From contig CAVVTZ010000011.1 of the NCBI GenBank assembly GCA_963751275.1, positions 288,001 through 352,000 of the forward strand: DNA of 64,000 bases. Reading direction: 5' to 3'. The position numbers and the translations under genes are program-made. Position 1 is the first letter of the stretch, and the number at the start of each line of letters is the position of its first letter. This DNA is from an uncultured Gemmatimonadaceae bacterium (GTDB lineage: Bacteria; Gemmatimonadota; Gemmatimonadetes; Gemmatimonadales; Gemmatimonadaceae). The notes beneath the pieces are model-generated. The model did not search any database. It was not told the origin of the DNA and saw only the letters and a program-made list of their open reading frames with translations. Positions 10,215 to 22,978 of the stretch are shown piece by piece.

Positions 10215-10246
10215 AAAAAACGGCTCGCCGGGCATCCGGCGAGCCG
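10215..10246 (-). terminator. Intrinsic terminator
   Basis: 11-bp stem cggctcgccgg/ccggcgagccg followed by T6 on the minus strand. Confidence 0.88.
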
Positions 10247-10270
10247 TTCGTTCCGCATCACCGCGAGCCG

Positions 10271-11944
10271 CTAGGGGATCGGCGCGTACCGGTAGCCGAC
10301 GATCTTGTCGCCGTCGGCCGAGAGGCTGAACTTGGTCTGTTCGCCGGCCGTGGCGGTGACCGTGGTGCTCTGCGAAGTCACGACCGCGCCGGCCTGGTCC
10401 AGGAAGTCCATCTTGATCGTGACCTGCTTGGGCGCCATGGCGCTCGCGGCAGGCGCCGGAGCGGGTTTCGCGCCCTTGGCCGCTCCCTTCTTCGCGGGCT
10501 TGGCGGCCTGCGTCGCCGGATTGTTGTCTACGAGCTCCACGTAGCCGCCCGCGAGCCGCTTGCTGCCGTCCATGCTGAATTCCGAAATGCGCACATGCAC
10601 GGTGTTCTTCTGGCCGGCGTTATACGCGATGAGCAGCGAGTCCTTGTACGCCTGCTTCTTCGCGGGCGCCGTGGCCGCCGCCGCCGCGCCCTGATAACCG
10701 AGCGCGAGCAGGTCCCAGTCATCCTGGCTGTTCGGCGCGATCTGCGTGAGCCGAACCGCCACGGGCACCAGCTTGGTGAATTCCTTGGCCTTCAGGTATA
10801 CGCCCGCCGCGTTGCCGAGGCCGGCGCTCCATGGGCTGTATGCGACGGCCTTGTCGGCGAGCTGAACGGCGAGCGGCATCGCATCCATGTCCGATGCTTC
10901 GCGGGCTGCATTGTACCACCACAAGTCGGTGCACGGCTTGGCGTCGGTGGTCATGGTGGTCAGCTGGGTGCGCATGCCCGCGGTGTCGTTCGTGGCGGTC
11001 AGCGCGCTGAACAGGCTCGTCTCCGCATTCTCGGAGAAGCGGCCGCACGGATAGTCCTTCAGGTTCTTCGCGAGCAGCGTCGCGGCGCGCTTGTACGCGG
11101 CGGCCTGGTCCGCGCCCGTCGCGACCATGGCGGCCTTCTCCGCGGAGTAGCCCGCGAAGAAGCTGCTGTATTCGGCGATCCCCGGCAGATCCTGGTTCGT
11201 CGCGAGCATCGGCGTGGCCAGCGTCACCGCCTGCTCGAACGAGGTGCTCGCCGCCGCGAACTGGTCGCGCCGGTATTCGATCTGTCCCTTGAAGTAGTAC
11301 GAGAAGGGCGAGCCGCGGTAGATGATCAGCGACTGGTCGAGGAGCTTCGAGGCCGAGTCGATGTTATTCGCGTTGATGAGCGGGCCCACCTTGGTGATGT
11401 ACGGCCCCCACGCCTCCTTGCGGTAATCGTCGGTCTCGCCCTGGCATTTCGGATATTGCTTCTCGACGTTCGAGAAGAGGGAGTCGGCAGCGCGCAGCAG
11501 ATCGATGGTCTGGTCCTTGTCGGTGGAGAAGCCGAGCTCGCCCTTCTTCATGACCGGCGTCGTGCCCGGCACCCGCGTCCACATGACCAGCGATTGGCCG
11601 AGCACGAACTCCTGCCCCATCGGATTCTTGGTATAGCGATCGGGTTTGTTCGTGACTTTCGCGACGGCCTTGCCAAGATATTCCTTGGCCTTGCCGGGGT
11701 TCGCCGCCTGCATTTGCGCGAACGCGAGCTGCGACGCGGCATCCTTCACTTCATCCGGCGTGTCGAGGACGAGCTTGCAGGAGTCCTGCGTCTCGAGCTT
11801 GACCGTGGGGCCGGCGGCCTTCTTGGGGGTCGACGGGCCCGCGCTGTCCAGCTTCACGCGATCGTTATGCAGCTGCGCCGACGCCGACGTGGCCGCGACG
11901 GCGAGCGCGATGAACGCGGCGCCCAAGTGTCGGGTAGCGAACAT
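10271..11944 (-). CDS. Secreted TPR-repeat protein with a C-terminal Ig-like (FxLYD-like) domain
   Basis: Signal peptide ending ASA-Q, helical TPR-like repeats, C-terminal beta domain MDFLDQAGAVVTSQ, and an AGGAGA Shine-Dalgarno. Confidence 0.75.
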   Translation of the reverse strand: MFATRHLGAAFIALAVAATSASAQLHNDRVKLDSAGPSTPKKAAGPTVKLETQDSCKLVLDTPDEVKDAASQLAFAQMQAANPGKAKEYLGKAVAKVTNKPDRYTKNPMGQEFVLGQSLVMWTRVPGTTPVMKKGELGFSTDKDQTIDLLRAADSLFSNVEKQYPKCQGETDDYRKEAWGPYITKVGPLINANNIDSASKLLDQSLIIYRGSPFSYYFKGQIEYRRDQFAAASTSFEQAVTLATPMLATNQDLPGIAEYSSFFAGYSAEKAAMVATGADQAAAYKRAATLLAKNLKDYPCGRFSENAETSLFSALTATNDTAGMRTQLTTMTTDAKPCTDLWWYNAAREASDMDAMPLAVQLADKAVAYSPWSAGLGNAAGVYLKAKEFTKLVPVAVRLTQIAPNSQDDWDLLALGYQGAAAAATAPAKKQAYKDSLLIAYNAGQKNTVHVRISEFSMDGSKRLAGGYVELVDNNPATQAAKPAKKGAAKGAKPAPAPAASAMAPKQVTIKMDFLDQAGAVVTSQSTTVTATAGEQTKFSLSADGDKIVGYRYAPIP

Positions 11945-13187
11945 TGACTAGTCTCCTGAGTGTTGGTGATGGGGCGGGACCTGCCCCGCCCCGATCGATT
12001 CGAGCAGCGATCGGGCAGCGACGTTCCACGGCCGCGCGAGCAAGGGCCTGCACCTCGCGCAGCGGGCGGCCGCTTGCGGCGGCCACGCTCGCCAGGTCTT
12101 CATACTCCGCTTTCCCCCGGAAGATACCAGCCGGAGTCATGACGAACTTGGCGCGGACATCGCGCCCGAGCACCTGCACCACGCGTTCCTCGCGCGGCAA
12201 GGCGTGCCGTTCCACCGGCGTCCGGCGGACGCCGATCGCGGAGGTCTGCGTGAAGAGTGCATTCTCCAGCGGGCCGGCGAGCGCCCCGGTGCACAGGACA
12301 TTGACGCGCACGCCGGGCCGCCCCTTCTTCATGACGGTGGGCAAGAGTACGACGTCCAGCGCACCGGCCGCGCGCAGCGCCTCCGCCGCAGCGGCGAGCG
12401 ACTCGCCATCCATGTCATCGATGTCGGTGCTGAGCAGCACGAGCTGCTCCACCAGCAACGCTTCGCTGGATGCCGGTTCGGCCAGGATCAAGCGGAGCGC
12501 GTTGGGGCGGCCGTGTGGATCGCGCGTCCCCGCCCCGAAGCCGCTGCGCGCCGGCACGTACGACGCCGGCGGCGGGCCGCTTGAGAGCACGCGCACGAGC
12601 GCGGCGCCGGTGGGCGTCACGAGTTCGCCGGCGCCGTCGGGGCCCGGACGGATCACGTGCCCCTCGAGGAGCCGGAGCGTCGCGGGCGCGGGCACCGGGA
12701 GCACGCCGTGCGCCGCCTGCACGCTGCCGTCGCCCACCGTGATCGCGCCGCAGTAGACCGTGCCGATGCCGAGCTGCTCTACGCCCCACACCGCGCCCAC
12801 GACGTCGAGGATCGCATCCACCGCCCCAACCTCGTGGAGGTGGACCTTTTCCGGCGACACCCCGTGGATCGTGCCTTCGACTTCCGCGATCGCCTCGAAG
12901 GCCGCCAGCGCCCGCGCGGCGACGCGCGGCGGCAGCGCCGCCCGCTCGACGATGGCGCGGATCTCCTTCATGTGGCGCCCGTGCGGCTGCGGCGGGATGT
13001 CGAAATCCACTTTCGCGCACGAGATCCCCGCGCGCTGCACGCGCTCGATCCGCACGGTCACGCCGTCGAGCCCGAGACGGGCCGGCAGCGCGCGCAGCCA
13101 GGCGGCATCGAGGCCGGCGTCGATCAACGCGCCGAGCATCATGTCGCCGGAGATGCCGCTGAACGGATCCAGGATGGCGATCTTCAT
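11865..13187 (-). CDS. larC: Nickel-pincer cofactor biosynthesis protein LarC (true stop probably near 11950-12000)
   Basis: DPFSGISGDMMLGAL, VHLHEVGAVDAILD, PVPAPAT, ELVTPTGAA, MKKGRPG and AEYED. Confidence 0.92.
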   Translation of the reverse strand: MKIAILDPFSGISGDMMLGALIDAGLDAAWLRALPARLGLDGVTVRIERVQRAGISCAKVDFDIPPQPHGRHMKEIRAIVERAALPPRVAARALAAFEAIAEVEGTIHGVSPEKVHLHEVGAVDAILDVVGAVWGVEQLGIGTVYCGAITVGDGSVQAAHGVLPVPAPATLRLLEGHVIRPGPDGAGELVTPTGAALVRVLSSGPPPASYVPARSGFGAGTRDPHGRPNALRLILAEPASSEALLVEQLVLLSTDIDDMDGESLAAAAEALRAAGALDVVLLPTVMKKGRPGVRVNVLCTGALAGPLENALFTQTSAIGVRRTPVERHALPREERVVQVLGRDVRAKFVMTPAGIFRGKAEYEDLASVAAASGRPLREVQALARAAVERRCPIAARIDRGGAGPAPSPTLRRLVNVRYPTLGRRVHRARRRGHVGVGAAA

Positions 13188-13222
13188 AGCACAGAAACTT
13201 ATCGCCGAAACCGTGCTCCGTG

Positions 13223-14370
13223 CTAGTCGCGGTATGACGCGCCGCTCCCCGTATTGAACAGCACGACGCGGGCGTCCTTCGCGATGCGCCCCGCGGCCAC
13301 GAGCGAACGGCACACCGCGAGCGCGCAGCCGCCCTCCGGCGCGGCGTCGACTCCGCTCGCACGCGACAGTTCGAGCGTCGCCGCGCGGATCTCGTCTTCC
13401 CCGGCGGCGGCGGCATCGCCGTTGCTCTCGCGCAGCGCCCGCAGGATCGAGGCGGTCGCCGAGCGGACCGGGAACGCGCAGTCCGCTGGCATGCGTGGAC
13501 GGATCGGCCCACGGCTCGGCATGATCGGCGCCCGCCGCGAATGCGCGCACGATCGGCGCGCACCCGGCGGCCTGCGCGGTGATCATGCGCGGCATCGGCA
13601 CCGATCGCGGCGATCCACCCCTGCGCCTTCAGCTCCGCGAACGCCTTCCACATCCCGATGAGTCCCGTGCCGCCGCCGGTGGGGTAGATGATCACGTCCG
13701 GCAGCGTCCAGTCGAATTGCTCGGCGAGCTCGATGCCCATCGTCTTCTTCCCCTCGATGCGGTACGGCTCGCGCAGAGTGCTCATGTCGATCCAGCCATG
13801 CTCCGCCGCGTAGGCGCGCGCCGCCTTGCCCGAGTCACCGATATGGCCGGGGAGCGTGATGAGCTCGGCGCCGAGTGCGCGAATGGTCGCGAGGATCGTG
13901 CGCGGGGTGGTCTCCGGGGCGTACACCCGCACCGGCATTCCGGCGGCCGCGCCGTAGGCCGCGAGCGCCGCGCCCGCGTTGCCGGCGGTGGGCACCACGA
14001 GCCCCGGCGCGCCGAGCGCCCGAGCGCGGGTGACGGCCGCGCTCATCCCGCGCGCCTTGAAGCTCGCCGTGGGATTCAGCCCCTCGTCCTTCACCCAGAG
14101 CTGCGCCACGCCCACAGCGCGCGCCAGCTTCGGCACATTGAGCAGCGGCGTGCCCCCTTCGCCGAGCGCCACGGGCGGTTCGCCGGGCAGGATCGGCAGG
14201 AAGGCCGCGTAGCGCCACATGTCCCAGCGCGGCAGCAGGGCGTCGCGCGAGCGCGGCAGCACCGAGTAGCGCACGAGGAACGGCTGGCCGCACTTGGGAC
14301 AAACGCTCGCGCGGGCATCGCCCTTCTCCGGGTGCGCGCACGCGGAGCATTCCAGCGACCAGGGGGTCAT
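13223..14370 (-). CDS. thrC: Threonine synthase (indels)
   Basis: LGEGGTPL, KDEGLNPTASFKARG, TAGNAG, EGKKT, YPTGGGTG and FNTGSG. Confidence 0.9.
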
Positions 14371-14372
14371 TC

Positions 14373-16236
14373 TCACTCAGTGGTGGAAGGTGACGGCTCG
14401 GGCGCGGGTGCCATGGCATCCCGCGCGCGCAGCGAGTCGAGGATCTTCTGCGCGCCGGCGGCGCTGAAGCCCGGCAGGCGCGCGATGTCCTCGACGGCGG
14501 CGTCGCGCACGCCCTGCAGGCTGCCAAAGGCATGCAGCAGCGCGCTCCGCTTGCGCGGACCGACGCCCGGAATGCTGAGCAATTCGGAGGTGACGGTGCG
14601 CATGGAGCGGCGCTTGCGGTTGTACGTGATCGCGAAACGATGCGCCTCATCGCGCGCGCGCTGCAGGAGCCGCAGCGCGGGAGAACGCCGCGCCAGACGC
14701 AGCGGCTCCGGGCGGCCCGGCAGGAACACCTCTTCCTCGCGCTTCGCGAGACTCGCGAGCTCCATCTTCCCGAGGCCGAGCGCGTCGAGCGCCTCGCGCG
14801 CCACACCGAGTTGTCCCTTGCCGCCGTCGATCAGCACGAGGTCGGGCAGCGGTCGCGATTCCTCGATGCGCCGGTGGAAGTAGCGGCCCACCGCCTCCCT
14901 CATCGACGCGAAGTCGTCGGTGCCCTCCACCGTGCGGATCTTCAGCTTGCGGTACTCGGCGCGCTTCGGCCGTCCGTTCTCGAACCAGACGCAGGACGCG
15001 ACCGTGTCCGTCCCCTGCGCCGTCGAGATGTCGAAGCAGACGATGGCACGCGGCACTTTCGAGAGGCCAAGCTCGCGCTGCAGCTCGTAGACGGGATCGG
15101 CGGCGCGCTCGTCGGTGTCCGCGCTCGCGAGCCGCAGCTCTTCGAGCAAGTGCCGCGCGTTCTGCTCGGCGAGATCCACGAGTTCCCGGCGCGAGCCGCG
15201 CTGCGGGATCCGCACCCTGGTGCCCGGGAGCGCGGCCTCGATCGGCTCGCGGTCATCGAACTCGAAGGGGGCGATGCAGCTCCGCCGCGCGATCCGTCAA
15301 CGGGAGGTACGCGCGCGTGAGGTAGGCCGCGAGCACGGTGGCGTCGGTCTCGCCCACGAGGTTGGCGACGTACTGGTGTTCGCGCGCGAGGAGCTTGCCG
15401 CCGCGGATGCGCAGCATCACGACGCATCCCTCGTCGCCGTCCCGCGCGTAACCGATCACGTCTCGGTCGCCGCCTTCGACCTCCACGATCACGGTCGGCT
15501 CTTCCATCTTCTCGAGTGCGGCGAGCATGTCGCGCATCTCGCCGGCCCGCTCGTAATCCAGCGCCAATGCGGCGGCGTCCATCCGCTCACGCACCCGGCG
15601 CATCACCTCGCCCGCGCGGCCGTCGAGGAAGAGGAGCACCTCGTCGATCATCGCGCGGTACTCGGCCTGCGTCTGCAGGAAGATGCACGGCGCCTTGCAG
15701 CGTCCGATGTGGTAGTCGAGGCACGCGCGCTCGGGCATCTCGGCGGGCATGTCGTAGCTGCACGACCGCACCGTGAAGATGCGCTTCACCAGATTGAGCG
15801 CGCGGCGCATCGCGCCCACGTCGGTGTACGGACCGAAGTACCGCGAGCCGTCGCTCAGCACGCGGCGCGTGACCATCACGCGCGGGAACGGCTCCTGCAC
15901 CGTGACCTTGATGAACGGATACGACTTGTCGTCGCGCAGGAGGATGTTGTACCGCGGGTGGTGCTCCTTGATCAGGTTCGACTCGAGGATCAGTGCGTGC
16001 ACCTCGCTCGGCACGACGATCGTCTCGACGTCCGCCGCCTGCCGCATCAGCAGCGCGCGTCTTGCCGTTCTCGAGCGCCTCGCCGCCCAGGTAGTTGCGG
16101 ACGCGCGGAGCGCAGCTGCTTCGCCTTGCCCACGTACAGCACCTGCCCCTCGGCGTCCTTCCACAGGTAGACGCCGGGCGACTCGGGGAGCGTGCGCGAT
16201 CTTGACGGCGAGTGCCGCGGGCGATTCGCGAACCAT
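14373..16236 (-). CDS. uvrC: Excinuclease ABC subunit C (indels)
   Basis: GIY-YIG N-terminus, [35 protein letters not shown] and HhH motifs. Confidence 0.95.
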
Positions 16237-16271
16237 GCACGAAAGATAACGCCCGCGGAAAGGGGCGTGCG

Positions 16272-17865
16272 CTATGCGCGGCGGCGCAGCCGGGCGGCCA
16301 GATCGCGCGCTTCGCCGATCCCCATGGCGAGGGCGACGGCGAGATAGGCGACGCCATACGGGATGAGGGTGATCACCGCGAGGAGGATCGGCTGGTGCTC
16401 GTGCGACACGATCTCGATCCCCCACGCCGCCGCCGCGCCGACCACCGCGGCGAATTCGAGCTGCAGCGTGAAGCGCAGCGGCAGTCCGGTGCGCCCGATG
16501 CGCGCGTTGAGCCCGCGGCGCAGCAGCGCGAACTCCACCCAGCCGGCGATGCCGGCGGACGCGGTGAGGCCCGCCGCGCCCCACTCCGGGCCGAGGCCGA
16601 GCAGCCGGGCAGCGGGAACGGCGAACAGCAGCCCGAGCGCGACGCGTGAGCGCCACGCGCACGATCGCGAAGCGGAGCGGCGTGCGCGTGTCGCGCAGCG
16701 CGTAGTACGCGGAGGCGTACAGCCGCCCGAGCGTCGAGGCGAGCAGCCCGACGGCCGAGCCGGCGAGGATCCCCCACACGTAGAGCGTGTCGGCGTGCGT
16801 GAAGCGCCCCGTCTGGAAGAGCGCGCCCGCGACGATGTCCCCCAGCGCGATGAACGCCACCGCCGGACGGCACGACGAAGAAGGCGATGCGCCGGAGGCC
16901 GCGCTCGAGGCGGATCGCGCAGCGCCGCCGCCACTTCGTCGGCCGCGCCCGCGACGCTCGACATCGCCGGCAGCTCCGCCGCCGAGACGGCCATCCCGAA
17001 GAGACTCACCGGCAGCGTGTACAGCACTTGCGCACTCGCCGAGCGCCGCGACCGCGCCCCCGGGCAGGAAGCTCGCGATCATCGTGTCCACGTACGCGCT
17101 GATCTGCACCACGCCGCGTCCCACGAACACCGGGACGAAGTTGCGCACGACGGTGCGCACGTGCGCGGAGCCGCGGCCCAGCGACGGCGCGCAGGCGCGG
17201 CACGAGACGGAAGCACGGTCGGCAGCTGCACGACGAGCTGCAGCGCGCTCCCGCGTACGGAGCCCGCGGCGGCGGCCACCGCCAATTCCGCCGGCCCGCC
17301 CGACCGGCCCGCGTACACGAGCGCCGCGATGATCGCGACGTTCCACACGACGGGCGCGCTGTACGACAGCAAGAACTTCCGGTGGCTGTTCAGGATGCCC
17401 AGGCACCACGCCGAGATCACGAGCAGGCCGGCGCCCGGGAAGAGGATGCGCACGAGATCGATCGTGAGCTCGCGCTTGTCGCCCGCGAAGCCCGGCGCGA
17501 TCACGTCGATCAGCAGCGGCGTCGCGAGCACGCCGAGCGGCACGAGCAGCGACGTCGCGAGCGCCGAGCAGCGTGCCGACCGCGCCGGCGACGCGCGTCG
17601 CCTCCTCGTCGTCGCCCTCCGCGAGCAGCCGCGCGTACACCGGAATGAACGACGCCGAGAGCACGCCTTCGCCGAACAGGTTCTGCAGGAAGTTCGGGAT
17701 GCGGAACGCCGCGCTGAACGCGTCGGCCGCGACGGAGAGCCGAGATAGTGCGCGAGCGCCCGCTGGCGAACGAGTCCGAACGATCCGGCTCGCCAGGATC
17801 CCCGCGCCGACGTGCACGGCGCCGCGGCCGGTGCGCTCCTCGCGCGGCGGCTCGGCCGCCGTCAC
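16272..17865 (-). CDS. murJ: Lipid II flippase MurJ/MviN (indels)
   Basis: AFRIPNFLQNLFGEGVLSASFIPVY, LYTLPVSLFG and many TM helices. Confidence 0.92.
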
Positions 17866-19439
17866 GACCGCTTCGCGGGGAATGGGCGTGCGCGCCGCCC
17901 GCGACCAACGAGGCCGCGTGCTCGCCCACCGCGATGCGCATCGCCTCCAGGAGGGGCTCGCCGTGGCGCGCGAGGAGCGGCAGAAGTTGAGTCACGTTCC
18001 TGGCGGCGCGCCCAGGGGCAAGAGCGCGGCGCGCGCCACGGCGAGGTCGTGCATCGACTCGGTCTCCCGCGTGCTTCACCGCCGCGACGAGGCGGCGCTC
18101 GAGGCGCTCCAGGCGGTGCGCGACGACTGCGCGCGCGCGCCCTCGAGCACCGGATCCGGCGTGAGCGGCGTCCGCTCGCGGTGCACCGCCTCCGTGAGCG
18201 CGATGCTCGCACTGTCCAGCGAGGCGCGGTAGTGCTCGAGCGCGGCCTCGATCGCGGCGGGCATCTGACGCGCGCGCGAGCCGCGTGTCCGCGGCGTGCG
18301 GATCGTTGAGATCGTCGAACGATGAGCCGAGCCGCTCGAGGATGCGCGTGACGTGCGGCTCCACGATCAGGCCGACCAGCGCGGCACCACGATCACCGGC
18401 GGCGTCCGAGCGCCGCGCGACGGCGCTCACCTGCGCGAAGTACGCGATCTCGCCGGCCCCGCCACGTACGCGACGGTGGGGAGGAGTCGCCGCTCCACCA
18501 CGGGACGCAGCAGCACGTTCGCTCGAGGTCGTCCCGCCGCGCGGCATCGCGGCCTGCGGCGATGCGGGATGCGCTCCTGGACGCCATCGCGTACGGCGAA
18601 AACGAGGGAGAGCCCCTTCACGTGCGCGACCTTCGCGTCGAAGCCCGCGGCCTTCAATTCCGTCTCGCGCGCCAGCAGGGCGCTGTCGATCATGGATGCG
18701 GCCGCGAGCGCCGCCTCCGTGCAGGAGCGCGCCGGCCGCGCTCGACCGCCGGATGCCCCGCGTCGAGCACCGCGATCCCCAGCGGTTCGAGCACGCCGCG
18801 CAGCAGCTGCACGTACGCGCTGCCGACCGTGTGCGAGGGATCGTAGGCCGCGCGCATCGCCTCCAGCACGCCGCGGTCCACCGCCGCGCCCGACGCACGC
18901 TCGAGCATCGCGGCGAGCAGCCGCACATCGCCGAGCGGCGTGTCGTACATGCGGCGGTCCTTGATGTCCGGCGGCGACATCGCGAGGCGCTCGACCTCGC
19001 CGTCGCGCGCGACGTACGTGACGAGGCCTCGGCGAAGTCCGCGTCGTCCGTCGCCGCCCAGAACACGGCGCCACCGGCATGCCGACTCGCGAACTCGAGC
19101 GCGTCGGCCAGCGCGAGCATGCTGAGTCGCCTTGCTCCACGTGTACATCGGCCCGCCGAAGAGGCCGGGCTGTTGCCCGGTGGTCACGACGATGCCGCGG
19201 CCGGCGGCGCTGCGCGCGAGGCGCGCGGCGGCCGCTCCGGATGCGCCGAAGGCCGGTGCGAGCGCGCTGTGCCAGTCGTTCGCCGCGAACGCCGCGCGCC
19301 GCGATTCCGCGAGCGCCTTCCACGCCGCTGGATCGCGAGGTGCCGCCGGGAACCACGCCGGATCCAGCGTGCCGGCCATGGCCGCCGCCGCGAGCCGCGA
19401 TGCGCCGAGGGGGCGCGTGAGGACGCGCGGCTCGCTCAC
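17862..19439 (-). CDS. bshC: Bacillithiol biosynthesis cysteine-adding enzyme BshC (many indels)
   Basis: VTTGQQPGLFGGPMYT and NVLLRPVV...LPTVAYVAGPGEIAYFAQ. Confidence 0.85.
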
Positions 19440-19461
19440 CGCGGGCCTGCCGGAGCGCGCA

Positions 19462-19924
19462 TCACTTGTGGTAGGGCTCGCCGCGCTGGATCGTGCCGGC
19501 GCGGTACAGCTGCTCCGCGAGCACGAGCCGGGCGAGTTCGTGCGGCAGCGTCCACGGGGCGAGCGAGAGCTTCCGGCGCGACGCTTGCGCACTGCGTCGG
19601 AGAGTCCGAACGCCCCGCCGATCACGAACACGACATCGCGCGCCGATTCGCGTTCCTTCTGCAGCCACGCCGCGAACGCCTCGGAGGTCATCGCGGTCCC
19701 GCCCGCATCGCACGCCACGAGCAGCGCGCCCGGCGGCACGAGCGCGAGCAGGCGCTCCCCTTCCTTCGCGCTGACATCGGCCGGCGACGCGCCGCGCCCG
19801 GCTCGGCGCGCACTTCGCGCACCTCGAGCGGCCAGTACCGCGCCGCTCGCGATTCGTACTCGTGGATCGCCGACGCGAGCGCCGCGTCGCGCGGTGCCCC
19901 CACCGACGCGACGAGCACTTTCAT
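19462..19924 (-). CDS. rlmH: 23S rRNA pseudouridine1915 N3-methyltransferase (indels)
   Basis: [32 protein letters not shown] and GEPYHK. Confidence 0.93.
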
Positions 19925-19943
19925 CCACCGGCCGCGACGACCG

Positions 19944-21255
<1,312 letters not shown>

Positions 21256-21292
21256 GATCGCGGTGAGGGGGTCGGGCCGGTGGCCCGGCGTG

Positions 21293-22326
21293 TCAGGGGG
21301 GATCGAACGGGCGCGAAGGAGCATGTCCACGAGCGCATCCACCGCACTCGCGTTCTCCTCCACGGACAATCGCTGTGAAACATACCACAACGCGGACGCT
21401 TGGCGAGGCCAGAGCGTCCGGAGCTTCACGTGGTCCTTGAGCGTGCAGATCGGGGTCTCCCCCGGGGCCACGCTGGACGCGAGACGCGTCGCATCGACGG
21501 CCGTGAACGCGTGATGGTCCGGGAATGCGGCCGGCCGCACGACGGCGCCCGCGCCGGCGAGCTGGGCCGCGAACGCGCCCGGGTCACCCACCGCGGAGAT
21601 CGCGAGCACCGGTGCGCCCTTGATGGACCCGAGCGGCCGACGCGCGCCCCCGTCGGCATTGCCGAGATCGCCCAAAGCGATCCGCACCACGGTCACCGGG
21701 ACGCCGGGCGCGGCCGCACTCACCGCCGCGCGAACGCGCGCCACCGCCGCGCCCGTCGCGGCCTTGGCCGTGATCACGATGAGCGTGGCGCGGCGCAGCG
21801 CGGAGAGGGGTTCCCGGAACGGCCCCGCAGGGATCAGGCGGGGGTGTTCCGGCCAGCGATCGGCGCTCACCAGCACGACATCCGCCACCCGCGCCGCGCG
21901 GCGGTGCTGGAACGCGTCGTCGAGTACGACGAGGTCCGCGCCGGCGGCGCGCGCGGTCGCGATGCCCTCCACTCGGTCCGGCATGATGACGACCGGCACA
22001 TCGGGATTCAGGATCCCATGCACGAGCGGCTCGTCGTCGCCGTAGCCGCGCAGGACGATCGCGGGATGCGCCCCGCGCGCCGAGAGCGTCCCCGCGAGCC
22101 ATCCGGCGAACGGCGTCTTCCCCGTTCCGCCGACGGTGAGATTGCCGATGCTCACCGCCGGGATCGCGCTCGCGTGCGTGGTGAGCAGCCCCGCGTCGTA
22201 TAACTTCCCGCGCGCCGCGGCGCCGGCGTGATAGAGCGCGCCGAGCGGGGAGAGCACCGCGCGCGCGATGCGCGCCGGCAGCGCATCGCCGTACCAGATC
22301 CGTTCGACGCCGCGCGAATCAGCCAT
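21293..22326 (-). CDS. lpxK: Tetraacyldisaccharide 4'-kinase
   Basis: [27 protein letters not shown] and FPDHH. Stop inferred at the TGA at 21293 next to a G homopolymer. Confidence 0.93.
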
Positions 22327-22978
22327 GCGCCGGCCATGCGATCGCATCCAGGAGCGCCGAGAACTTCTCGGTCTGCGCCGCCGCCTCGCGCGCGCCCGGC
22401 GCCTGGACGTACACCGGATCGCCCATCACCACCGTGACGCGGGCGAAGGGCTTCGGGATCTCGAATTGGTCCCAGCTCTTGAGGGTCCACGCCCGGCTCG
22501 CGAACGAGCGCAGCGGGATGATCGGCGCGCCGGCGCGATGCGCCGCGATCAGGGCGCCCGGCGCGAAGCTGTGCCGCGGCCCGCGCGGGCCGTCCGGCGT
22601 GACGGCGATATCACGCCCCGACTCGAGCTCCCGGCTCAGTTGCAGCAGCGCACGGTCGGCGCCGCGCGACGACGAGCCGCGCACCGTCGCGTAGCCGAGC
22701 GAGATCGCCGCGCGCGCGACGATCTCGCCGTCGCCGTGCTCGCTGATCAGGATCGCCGCACCGGTCGCCCGGAACGCCCACAGCAGGCTCAGCTGCTCCC
22801 CGTGCCAGAAGCAGTAGACGAACGACCGGCCCTTCGCCGTCAGCGCGAGCGCCGGCTCCCGATTCACGTACCGCAGCCGCCATGTGGCCGCGAGCAGGCG
22901 CAGGAGCATTGCGCCGATGCGGGCGACCCAGCGGTCGCGGCGCGCGCGCCGGGCGCGGCGTTCCAGCGTGTCGCTCAC
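22319..22978 (-). CDS. DUF374 family acyltransferase (LpxJ-like)
   Basis: [27 protein letters not shown] and [11 protein letters not shown]. Confidence 0.88.
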   Translation of the reverse strand: MSDTLERRARRARRDRWVARIGAMLLRLLAATWRLRYVNREPALALTAKGRSFVYCFWHGEQLSLLWAFRATGAAILISEHGDGEIVARAAISLGYATVRGSSSRGADRALLQLSRELESGRDIAVTPDGPRGPRHSFAPGALIAAHRAGAPIIPLRSFASRAWTLKSWDQFEIPKPFARVTVVMGDPVYVQAPGAREAAAQTEKFSALLDAIAWPAHG

